Positions 28,271 to 37,406 of a DNA stretch of 59,229 nt are shown piece by piece. The position numbers and the translations under genes were made by a program. This DNA is from a virus. Taxonomy: Duplodnaviria > Caudoviricetes. Position 1 is the stretch's first letter; each line of letters opens with the position of its first letter. The notes beneath the pieces were generated by a model. That model did not search any database, was not told the DNA's origin, and saw nothing but the letters and a program-made list of their open reading frames with translations. Location: positions 1 through 59,229 of the IMG/VR virus record IMGVR_UViG_3300028569_001325; one strand, given 5' to 3'.

Positions 28271-28302
28271 AAAAAAGGAGATAAGTAATTGTCTCCTTTT
28301 TT
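28271..28302 (+). terminator. Terminator
   Basis: AAAAAAGGAGATAA-GTAA-TTGTCTCCTTTTTT. Confidence 0.85.
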
Positions 28303-28399
28303 AATATATGCTAATTCATAATACCAATATACACAACCAATTTAATTAATTATTGACAATAAATAATTTTGTAAGTATTTATTAATAAAATGATCACCT

Positions 28400-30469
28400 A
28401 TGAAAAATTCACTATTTATTTTTTTTGTAATACTAACAAGTTTTTTTGTTAGATCACAAGTAAGTTCTTATACGTTTGGAACATCAACCGGAACATACAC
28501 ACCAATAGTTGGTGGGGTCAATTATAATAACTTTACAAGTTGGTCAAATACCAACTTTTTAGATGATAATAATTCGGCGGTATTAGAATCAATCGGATTT
28601 AACTTTGTTTATAATGGAACAACGTATACCCAATTTGGGGTTAATGCTAATGGATTTATATCACTGGGGTCATTACCAACTAGTAGTTATTTTCCATTAT
28701 CAACAGGTACGTCAAATAATGTAATATCGGCAATGGGTGCTGATTTAATAGGACGTGGGTCGTTATTAGCAAATAGAACAACTGGGAGTGCGGTAATTAC
28801 AATTACAGGTGGAGACATATCTCTAATATCGGTTGGGGATAAGGTAAGTGGTACGGGTATTCCTGCAGGTACCACAGTATTATCTAAAACCGCAACTACA
28901 GTTACAATTTCTGCAAATGCAACAACTTCGGGTACCGGATTTCATTTTAGATTTAGTAGGTCAACATTTGGTATTAGATTTCAAACAATAGGAACATCAC
29001 CTAATAGGACATTAGTGATCCAATGGACAGGATGGCAAAGATACACCACATCTGGAGGTTTTGGGGAGTTATATAACTTTCAGATAAGATTAAATGAAAC
29101 GACCAACACAATTAATGTTGTTTATAATATACAAGGACCAACAAGTATTACCTCAACAACATTTCAGATAGGTTTAAGAGGAACCTCAAATACCAATTTT
29201 AATAATAGAACAACTACAACAAATTGGTCGTCAACTACGGCTGGAACATTAAACAGTTCAACAGTTACATTATCAAGTACGGTTAAACCAACTGCAGGAT
29301 TAACATATACGTGGACACCGCCCGTTATTCCCGTTTGTTCAGGAACACCAAATCCAGGAAACACACTTTCTTCTTCATTAACATCACCACCAAACGGAAC
29401 CGTAAATCTTTCACTACAAAACACCACAACTGGTACAGGGGTAACTTATGTGTGGGAGAGTAGTACAGATAATTCAACATGGACAACCTTTGGTTCCTCA
29501 TCGGCTACACAAACATCACCACCAATCACATCACCTACTTGGTTTAGATCTACCGTTACTTGTTCAGGAAATAGTGGGATATCAACACCTATTCAAATAA
29601 CATTATCATATTGTACATATAATATAACTAATAATGATCCTACAGGTATTACTTCTGTAACGTTTGGTACAATATCAAATACAAGTATTGGTGGTCCATC
29701 CTACAGTGATTTTACCACACAATCAACTACCGTAGAACAGGGTGGAATTTATCAATTAAATGTTAATGTGAACACAGATGGTAATTGGACGGTAAATACA
29801 AAGGTTTGGATAGATTGGAATCAAAATTACATATTTGAAGTAGAAGAAGAGTATTCTTTAGGTAGTGCGTTAAACACTACTAATGGAATTACATCATTAT
29901 CCCCTTTAAATATAACTGTACCAACTGGAGCAACTTTAGGAGAAACTAGAATGAGAATAGTATCAGTTGAAGCCAGTGATCCTGCACCACTAGCGTGCGG
30001 TACACAACTTTACGGCGAAGCTGAGGATTATAAACTAACAATAACACCACCAACAGGACTTCCTGTAGAGTTACTATATTTTGATGGTATTACATATCCT
30101 TTGTTTAACTCACTTAAGTGGTCAACCGCATCGGAACATAACTCAGATTATTTTGAGGTAGAGAGAAGTGTTGATGGTGAAATATGGAAGGTTGTTGGTA
30201 GTAAATTGGCTTCAGGTAATAGTACGGTAGTTATTAATTATAGTTATTTAGATTCTTTTGATGATTTGGTAATACATTATTATAGATTAAAACAGGTTGA
30301 TTATGATGGTCAATATAAGGTGTACGGACCTATTGGTTTAGATAATACAAAATCAGTTAAAAAAGTTGTTAAATACATTAACATTTTAGGTCAAGAAGTA
30401 AGTTCAGAAACAAACGGGCTTATTTTTGAGGTATATGAAGACGGAACTATGAAAAAGATTATTAGGTGA
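28400..30469 (+). CDS. Secreted Bacteroidota-type GEVED-domain protein with a T9SS-like C-terminal domain
   Basis: Signal peptide ending RS-Q; VWIDWNQN..F...E, TRMRI and GEAEDY (GEVED); LPVELLYF, W.TASEHNSDYFEVERS and YYRLKQVDYDG; C-terminal INILGQEV...YEDGTMKKIIR. Confidence 0.8.
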   Translation: MKNSLFIFFVILTSFFVRSQVSSYTFGTSTGTYTPIVGGVNYNNFTSWSNTNFLDDNNSAVLESIGFNFVYNGTTYTQFGVNANGFISLGSLPTSSYFPLSTGTSNNVISAMGADLIGRGSLLANRTTGSAVITITGGDISLISVGDKVSGTGIPAGTTVLSKTATTVTISANATTSGTGFHFRFSRSTFGIRFQTIGTSPNRTLVIQWTGWQRYTTSGGFGELYNFQIRLNETTNTINVVYNIQGPTSITSTTFQIGLRGTSNTNFNNRTTTTNWSSTTAGTLNSSTVTLSSTVKPTAGLTYTWTPPVIPVCSGTPNPGNTLSSSLTSPPNGTVNLSLQNTTTGTGVTYVWESSTDNSTWTTFGSSSATQTSPPITSPTWFRSTVTCSGNSGISTPIQITLSYCTYNITNNDPTGITSVTFGTISNTSIGGPSYSDFTTQSTTVEQGGIYQLNVNVNTDGNWTVNTKVWIDWNQNYIFEVEEEYSLGSALNTTNGITSLSPLNITVPTGATLGETRMRIVSVEASDPAPLACGTQLYGEAEDYKLTITPPTGLPVELLYFDGITYPLFNSLKWSTASEHNSDYFEVERSVDGEIWKVVGSKLASGNSTVVINYSYLDSFDDLVIHYYRLKQVDYDGQYKVYGPIGLDNTKSVKKVVKYINILGQEVSSETNGLIFEVYEDGTMKKIIR

Positions 30470-30481
30470 TATTTATATTAG

Positions 30482-31087
30482 ATGTTAGACGATATTATAA
30501 AAAAAGTATTAAATGAAATTTCCACTTCTGTAAGTGCGGGGGGATATAACGGACCAATAGCGATAGGATTAAAAAAATGGAAAAAATCAGAATTAGGACC
30601 TTTTACTGAGTTTGCTGATACGGAATTTAATCACGAGAAAAAACAAAAAACATTAAAAAATAACGTTAAGGGTTATGTTGGTCATTGGGAAAAAAATGAA
30701 GATGGTTCTTACGAATTAGATAATTACGACGCACACACAATTAATGAAGATTTAGCTGTTTGGTTTGGAACAAAGAAGAAACCAAAAGGTTCTAAACAAC
30801 CAAAAGGTCCGTGGGTTAATATATGTAGAAAAGTTGATGGTAAACATCCCCCTTGTGGTAGACCTGACGCCGATAGTAAAGGTTACCCTAAATGTCGGGC
30901 AGTGGGAGTTGCGGGTAAAATGTCAGATTCAGCAAAAAAATCAGCGTGTCAACAAAAAAGAACTGCAGAGAAAAAAGACACACAAACAGGTAAAGGTCAA
31001 AAACCCGTAATGACTTCATATAAAACAAAAAAGACCCAAAATGAGTCTTTAAATATTATAATTAGAAATATTTTATCGGGTCTTTAA
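30482..31087 (+). CDS. Conserved phage protein with a basic Cys-containing domain
   Basis: EDLAVWF...WVNIC....PCGR.....GYPKCR motif as seen in T4-like phage hypothetical proteins; MLDDIIKKVLNE leader. Confidence 0.7.
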   Translation: MLDDIIKKVLNEISTSVSAGGYNGPIAIGLKKWKKSELGPFTEFADTEFNHEKKQKTLKNNVKGYVGHWEKNEDGSYELDNYDAHTINEDLAVWFGTKKKPKGSKQPKGPWVNICRKVDGKHPPCGRPDADSKGYPKCRAVGVAGKMSDSAKKSACQQKRTAEKKDTQTGKGQKPVMTSYKTKKTQNESLNIIIRNILSGL

Positions 31088-31561
31088 CAATTTAATAAAC
31101 CCTAACCAAGTGTCTAAGTCATTTTCATTTCTACCTATATTTGCAGAATAGCAAGACAAAACAACATTCTCTTTGGTGTATCCCTTATCCCCATCAATTC
31201 TATCTAATGACGGTTGTTGGGGGTGTTTTTTCTTATCTGAAGGAATTAATGGTATACCAAACCAATAACACAGTCCGTTTTGATCGTCAAACATTTTGTT
31301 TACGTCATCAATAGTTAGTGTATTTTCTATTTTTCTATGTTTGGAGTCGTGTATTAATGTGTTTTGCCATAACCTAACTCTTCTTTCTTTTTGTAATATC
31401 CCTTCTTTTTTTCTTTGTTCAGGATATAATCTTTTTTTTCTTTTATAATTTCTAGTAACTTCAAGAAGACATTCTTTACATCTACTACCTCTTTGTGTTT
31501 TGTAAAAATCATCAAAACTCTTTATTTTATTACATTTACTACATTCTTTGTGTGTTTCCAT
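31073..31561 (-). CDS. HNH-like endonuclease with an N-terminal Zn-finger
   Basis: CSKC...CKEC, QNGLCY and PSLDRID..KGYTKENVVLSC..AN; start at ATG 31561, 4 nt behind TATTTAT. Confidence 0.8.
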   Translation of the reverse strand: METHKECSKCNKIKSFDDFYKTQRGSRCKECLLEVTRNYKRKKRLYPEQRKKEGILQKERRVRLWQNTLIHDSKHRKIENTLTIDDVNKMFDDQNGLCYWFGIPLIPSDKKKHPQQPSLDRIDGDKGYTKENVVLSCYSANIGRNENDLDTWLGFIKLLKTR

Positions 31562-31600
31562 ATAGATAAATATATGGATAAACAAAAAAAAAGATTATTT

Positions 31601-32029
31601 CTAACCTTTTTTCCATCCACCACCTTTTGAGTTATATCGTTTTACTGCAGCACCATTACAATAGGCACTAGGACAAACTTCGTAACGTTGTCTAGCCCAA
31701 GACAACGATTGTTGCCATAAATCTTTATTAGTTGCAACATTTTTCTTTTTTTTACCCTCTTCAATCATATCATCATCGTAGTCATTATCACCTTTTGTTT
31801 CATTCATTAAAAAATCAAAAACTTGATCCATGTTATTTTTTGCTTCTGAGATATGATCTTGCGCCCAATCATGTCCATGTTCTAAAATGGATTCTATTTC
31901 GTCCTGATCCATTTCTAATAACATCTCACATTGACGTTTCATTTGTTCTAAATTAGAAAAAAACATATATCTACTTGATTCGTGTTCTTCTCTAATAACC
32001 TTTCTAATAATTCTACTTATATTTTCCAT
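31601..32029 (-). CDS. Conserved phage protein (C-terminal PSAY...YxSKGGGW domain)
   Basis: TNKDLW...AR.RYEVCPSAYCNG..VKRY.SKGGGWK; MENISRIIRKVIREE leader. Confidence 0.7.
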   Translation of the reverse strand: MENISRIIRKVIREEHESSRYMFFSNLEQMKRQCEMLLEMDQDEIESILEHGHDWAQDHISEAKNNMDQVFDFLMNETKGDNDYDDDMIEEGKKKKNVATNKDLWQQSLSWARQRYEVCPSAYCNGAAVKRYNSKGGGWKKG

Positions 32030-32047
32030 ACTTTATAAATATATCTA

Positions 32048-34108
32048 TTAATTATTTAATCCGTTAAATCCACCCATAGCTACAGCATTATCTTGAATTA
32101 CGGTTCTTCTTGTATCACTTCCATCTGTCCATATTGGGTGCGGCGTATTATATGTAACAATCTCACCATCAGTGTATCCCGAACCTGGAAGATACCCAAC
32201 AACGACCGTTTCATAATATTGATTTGCATGTATTATTGGGTGATAAAAGTCATAACATACCGAACAACTTGTAAAGATGTGTTGTACGTCAAGATTACCC
32301 CCACCTGCGTTAATCGGACAAGTATTAATTACTTTATAACAATTTCCATCGTAGTCAGATAATATTAATCCTTCAAATACTTCACTGTATCCTGCGACTG
32401 CGTACCAAGTGTTTAAAGGTATATTAACATAAGCTGCTTCATTTGTTTCACAAGATAATACTGATATCCCTATTCTAACAGAACCTTTACACTCATCACA
32501 AGTTGAGTAAGATTCAGTGGTTAAACTATTATATGAATCTAATACATTATAAACCCCATAGTTATATACATCGATTAATTCTACACAGACAAAATCAGAA
32601 TCACCCCGTTTTACTTTAACGATATCCCCAATAGCAAACCCAACTCCGGTTGTAACTGCAATACCACCGATTTTTTGATCACAGTCCATACCATACCAAA
32701 CATAATGATTATCACTACCTGTACACTCTAAACAACTATCAAACGTACTTAAACTTGGTATTGCAAACCTATACGATGATGGAACTTCAATACTTATAAT
32801 TTCACAACATTCATTTGTTATTGGGTTATAAAATAGTTTACCTATGGTGTCTTCTAAGTATTGAAATGATAATATTGAATCTTCATTCAGTACATTCTGC
32901 ACCGTGATAATAATATCGTCTTCAGGACTAATACCACCAATCTCACTACCTAAAAGCGTTATGGTATCACCAATAGAGTATGAAATACCAAGATTAGGTA
33001 ATCCTATGGAATCTATTGTATTTGATAGAACATATACATTAAATAACGCATATTGACCACCACCACTGGTAATCCCCGTTACGTAATACGTACCATCTGT
33101 TAATACCGAAATGGTAGTGTCACTATAACTAAATCCCCCTATTGGTCCTGTACCATTACAAGATGAGTAATTATATTGAATACCGTTACATTGGATACAT
33201 TCTTGACAACTTGGTTGTGGATCAAAATTTAAAAATTCATTTATTGTTACCGTTTCTCCTGTAACAATATCACCCACACTAAAACACCCATCAGATGATG
33301 ATAAATTTGATGATTCTCCACCATTAAAAAATAATGAGTTCCATACAATTTCATCCTCATTTGTTATACAGTTTGTTAGTATTCTTTGTTCTGCAACTTG
33401 TGCGTTACATTCATCACAAGTAACTTCACCACCATTATCAACAAAAAGACCATAATCCGAAATAAACGTTCCGTCTTGTGTTCCGATAATAGGGGTTAAA
33501 CCAACCGTACCACATCTTTGGTCTCCCGATCCATCTACAAATGATATTAAGTGACCAATATAGTCACTACTAGATAGTCCTACGTAATATATACCTGAAC
33601 CAAGACAAGACGTTACTTTATAAATTAAAAATGATGAATTTAAACATTCTCCACAAGTAGTTGAAAGTGTTGGGGTATCTACAATTGAGGTGTACCTTAC
33701 GGGGTTTAATTCATTAAAGACACCATAACTGACCATTTCATAACAATTATAAAACTGATTACCACTCTCATCCTCAGCATTAATAAAATAAACTTCATTA
33801 ATTAAAGGTGTCCCTGTAAATCCACTAAATTCAAAATAGTAGGTTCCTTGATTAATACAATCAGTAGCCGCAACATAATCGTATATTATTCCATAACACT
33901 CTAAACAACTACTATATGGCTCACCATCAAATGTTATGGTGATATTACCGCCATTGTAACTCAAAACCTGTGTAATCTCATAACAGGAATTACGGTTAGT
34001 GTATGTTGTACCTGAAGTTATCGCTGATAATGGATCCTCAGTTGTCCCTCTCTGTGGTGATCGTATATCACCACATTTTCTATAAAAAAAATCTGTAGTT
34101 TTTGCCAT
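32048..34108 (-). CDS. Cys-rich repeat virion protein with a C-terminal GGFNGLNN module
   Basis: Seven ~70-aa repeats ending in CxxC, plus one inserted G.SY.IGD.IT..G..IGG..P.DD...TV domain. Confidence 0.75.
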   Translation of the reverse strand: MAKTTDFFYRKCGDIRSPQRGTTEDPLSAITSGTTYTNRNSCYEITQVLSYNGGNITITFDGEPYSSCLECYGIIYDYVAATDCINQGTYYFEFSGFTGTPLINEVYFINAEDESGNQFYNCYEMVSYGVFNELNPVRYTSIVDTPTLSTTCGECLNSSFLIYKVTSCLGSGIYYVGLSSSDYIGHLISFVDGSGDQRCGTVGLTPIIGTQDGTFISDYGLFVDNGGEVTCDECNAQVAEQRILTNCITNEDEIVWNSLFFNGGESSNLSSSDGCFSVGDIVTGETVTINEFLNFDPQPSCQECIQCNGIQYNYSSCNGTGPIGGFSYSDTTISVLTDGTYYVTGITSGGGQYALFNVYVLSNTIDSIGLPNLGISYSIGDTITLLGSEIGGISPEDDIIITVQNVLNEDSILSFQYLEDTIGKLFYNPITNECCEIISIEVPSSYRFAIPSLSTFDSCLECTGSDNHYVWYGMDCDQKIGGIAVTTGVGFAIGDIVKVKRGDSDFVCVELIDVYNYGVYNVLDSYNSLTTESYSTCDECKGSVRIGISVLSCETNEAAYVNIPLNTWYAVAGYSEVFEGLILSDYDGNCYKVINTCPINAGGGNLDVQHIFTSCSVCYDFYHPIIHANQYYETVVVGYLPGSGYTDGEIVTYNTPHPIWTDGSDTRRTVIQDNAVAMGGFNGLNN

Positions 34109-35577
34109 TATTTTTTATTAACTATTTGAAATTGTAATTCCTTTTTATAGGTGTCAGTATTTTTATCTGACACTACCTTTATATCTACAAAATACTCGTT
34201 TGGTATTTTATCTGTGGTATCAAAAACAAAATAATATCCATCACTTGTTTTATTTATTCTTGTCCAATCTTGAACTTGTACTTCGGTGTTGGGTCCTTCT
34301 CTAACATATATTCTATAATATGATTCAATATTTTCTAAGATTTGTTTTGATGTGTAAGCCTTTTTAACTGTCACATTAACTTTTCTTATATCTGTGTTTA
34401 ATATTTTTTCATCGTATTTGATTCCGTCAAAACTAAACCCATATATTTTAGGACTTTCAGTCAAAGAACCAATTTTAAACCTGTTTGATTTTTTAATTAG
34501 TGCAAATTCATTTTCTGAATTTTCAAAAGACACACCATTTATTACTATATTTTCCCATACATCGTAATATAAACAAGGGGCATTAGAACAAGCAATAGGT
34601 GGTACCTCAACTTTATATATCCCATCAGTTACTAAACACGTAGGTAGATTAGAAAAAACGACGTTACTTGATGCATCTAAAATGTCAACTTGTGGGTTAC
34701 TATCAAAAGTCAGTGGAACCCCATTATCATAAGAATACAAATAAAGATAGTTTGTTACCCCACATATAAAATTATTTCTATTATCTAAAATTAAATCATC
34801 ATATGTCGTTTCTAAAAACGGTTCATAAAAAGTTTGGGTGTGAGGAGAGAAAAAACCAACTGAATAATTTTCAGACATTCCAGATATGTTTTCAACTTGG
34901 GGATAAAATGCAACACCCCACCCCGTAACTCCGGTTATGGTACCATCTAAAACCCCATTTATTTCTGATGACATATCAAATTCAATATCCTCATTACCAA
35001 ATTCAAAATGTTGTGTACCAACAATATAAATGTCATTATAGTTAACTCCTGAGATACCTAAACTATTAGTATTATCGTAAATTCCTTCTGTTGACCATTT
35101 AGATATTGTTGTAGTCTCAAACCAATTTACAGGTCGTGTAGAAAACGATCTGTCATTTAAATTTGTAACCTTAAAATCATAATAATCATAACCAACCCCC
35201 GTGTCCCAAGATTGTGGATTTCCTGTGTCTCCTGATGTTTTTGGTATTCTAAATAATATTAAATCAAAGGATGTTGATCTTCTTCTTCCTTGAGATGTAG
35301 TATCATTTAATAATTCCTTATCAAAAAATGAGGTGTTTGTCATTCTAAGGGTGTGGGTTAAATCTGTACCACAATCTGTAGATATAACATTGTCATTAAT
35401 TTTTTGAATTAGGTTAGATAAATCTATATTAAAAATATATCTACTGAACCCAATAGGTGCTGAAGAATTGTTCGCTCTACCATAAAATAATTCTACAATA
35501 GGGTTTCTACCTGTATTGGTGTAGGAATTATATAATAGTGTGTCTGACTTGTCGAAGTAAGATCTATATATTGACAT
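34108..35577 (-). CDS. Putative virion structural protein
   Basis: 489 aa, beta-rich, downstream of the gp5-like gene, with TATTTAT upstream. Confidence 0.65.
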   Translation of the reverse strand: MSIYRSYFDKSDTLLYNSYTNTGRNPIVELFYGRANNSSAPIGFSRYIFNIDLSNLIQKINDNVISTDCGTDLTHTLRMTNTSFFDKELLNDTTSQGRRRSTSFDLILFRIPKTSGDTGNPQSWDTGVGYDYYDFKVTNLNDRSFSTRPVNWFETTTISKWSTEGIYDNTNSLGISGVNYNDIYIVGTQHFEFGNEDIEFDMSSEINGVLDGTITGVTGWGVAFYPQVENISGMSENYSVGFFSPHTQTFYEPFLETTYDDLILDNRNNFICGVTNYLYLYSYDNGVPLTFDSNPQVDILDASSNVVFSNLPTCLVTDGIYKVEVPPIACSNAPCLYYDVWENIVINGVSFENSENEFALIKKSNRFKIGSLTESPKIYGFSFDGIKYDEKILNTDIRKVNVTVKKAYTSKQILENIESYYRIYVREGPNTEVQVQDWTRINKTSDGYYFVFDTTDKIPNEYFVDIKVVSDKNTDTYKKELQFQIVNKK

Positions 35578-35599
35578 ATTAACTTTTTTATATAAATAC

Positions 35600-37171
35600 T
35601 TAGTTAATACGAATATTGCTATTTAAAACTTTTTGATATGCCTCTTGCATTTTAGCAAGTAAGTCATCGGTTGATAGTCCGTCTAACGTGACTGAAGATG
35701 GTGGCATTAATGGGTATGGGTGAACGTGAGTTAAACAGAATCTAACCATCAAATTTAATAATTCTAATAATTCCTCACCTCTTACCATTGATGATGTCTT
35801 TGGTTCAATTTCATTTGAGATTAAATCTTGATCAATTCCGTAAATGGTATTTGGTATATCTATTTTACCTTTACCTGGAATTATTGAGTCGTGAGATAAT
35901 AGGAATAGTTGATTTGCCCCCATTAATCCAACACTATTATTAACCATTTCCGCCTTAGAGGGAACTGACACATCTTTTCTAATACTATAAGGAAGTTCAG
36001 GTGAAAGTTTTGCATTTAAAACTAAACTATATCCGGGAGTTAAATCGGTAGACGATATTTTAACTAAAGTTTGTAAATACGCCATATTTCCGGCAGCAAT
36101 TAAATCTCCGGTACCTGTGAAGTTAGTTGTTAAATCTCTTAACCTTTTTGATGGTCTATAGTAAAATGGGAATTGTTCATTTAAATTTAAAGATGGATTT
36201 AAAAGTGATGTTTTAGGATCAGTAACAATACTTTTTAGTCTTTGGTTAATTTGATTAGATAAATCATTAAAATTTAATCCTATTGGGAAATTAATCATCC
36301 TAACCAATGTAACCCCATCGGTTGATCCCGTTAAATCTAATTCACTGTTATAATCAAAAACAGAAGTTAAAGTTTTGTATGCCTTTTCATCTGTTCTTAA
36401 AGAGTATATATATAAATTAGCGGTAAATGCTGAAAATTGATTCTCAGGGTTAATTACATCATACTCAATTAAATATTTAATTGGTAGTTCATTAGATACC
36501 AATTTAGTTTTAGAGGTTGGTTCACCATAACTAATTTTTGAATAGTTTTTAGTTAATTGTAAAAACGCTCTTGTATCATCAGCTTGTGGTATTTCACCAG
36601 TTTTAAATTGTTTGTGTTTACCGGCTCTTAATAATAATTCATCTTCTTTTATTATAATGTCAGCACTATTTCTACCATTTAATGATATATCTACAGGTTC
36701 AGCAAAAACTCCTTTAGTTGTCTCTTCTTTATATGTACCATCGTTATTCTTTATTGGTGGTATATTCTTAGTTGAATTAAGTGCCCCCGAATCTAAATTT
36801 GTTTTAGACGACGAGTAGTTCTCAAAATTAATAGATGCTGGAGATGAGTATGTCCCTATCATATAGAACTTATTTTTTGATGTTTTACTATTCGTGTTGT
36901 AGTAAAAAATCATAACACTCTCACCTTTTTTAGGTACTTGGTTGACAAAATAAGGTAATAGTGGTAAATAAATAAATGGATCCTTTTTAGACCACGGACC
37001 GTTTTTTTCCGGGGTTTTTGAATTCTCATCAAATCCATTATTTGATTTTTCTGCTGCTTCAATATTTTGAATAATGGGCTCAACTCTTACCCTACCCAAC
37101 ATAAGTGGATCCATATTATCTATACAAACACCAAAATATATTTGTTGACCCGATTGAAAATTATCCGCCAT
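35600..37171 (-). CDS. Baseplate hub/spike protein (gp5/VgrG-like OB-fold)
   Basis: GVCIDN.DPLMLGRVRV, PLLP....VPKKGE.V and a C-terminal HVHP metal-binding tip motif. Confidence 0.75.
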   Translation of the reverse strand: MADNFQSGQQIYFGVCIDNMDPLMLGRVRVEPIIQNIEAAEKSNNGFDENSKTPEKNGPWSKKDPFIYLPLLPYFVNQVPKKGESVMIFYYNTNSKTSKNKFYMIGTYSSPASINFENYSSSKTNLDSGALNSTKNIPPIKNNDGTYKEETTKGVFAEPVDISLNGRNSADIIIKEDELLLRAGKHKQFKTGEIPQADDTRAFLQLTKNYSKISYGEPTSKTKLVSNELPIKYLIEYDVINPENQFSAFTANLYIYSLRTDEKAYKTLTSVFDYNSELDLTGSTDGVTLVRMINFPIGLNFNDLSNQINQRLKSIVTDPKTSLLNPSLNLNEQFPFYYRPSKRLRDLTTNFTGTGDLIAAGNMAYLQTLVKISSTDLTPGYSLVLNAKLSPELPYSIRKDVSVPSKAEMVNNSVGLMGANQLFLLSHDSIIPGKGKIDIPNTIYGIDQDLISNEIEPKTSSMVRGEELLELLNLMVRFCLTHVHPYPLMPPSSVTLDGLSTDDLLAKMQEAYQKVLNSNIRIN

Positions 37172-37406
37172 TATTTAATCTTTTTTTATATTCATCAAAA
37201 ACTTTATTATACGATTGTTCAGTAACATCTAAATGTTTTGTTAGTTTTACTATTAAATCCTTTGTTTTTTGGAAATCATTTTGTAAAAAATCCATAACAT
37301 CAACTATTTGTTTATTTGAACAATTTTTATAATCACTTAATATTTCTAAAACTTTTTTTGGTTCCATATTACATAAATTTTCCACTACCTTTTGATGGTT
37401 TAGCAA
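37161..37406 (-). CDS. Small coiled-coil hypothetical protein
   Basis: ORF between 37369..39348 and the gp5-like gene; probable start near 37367 (MEPKK). Confidence 0.65.
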   Translation of the reverse strand: MLNHQKVVENLCNMEPKKVLEILSDYKNCSNKQIVDVMDFLQNDFQKTKDLIVKLTKHLDVTEQSYNKVFDEYKKRLNNGG

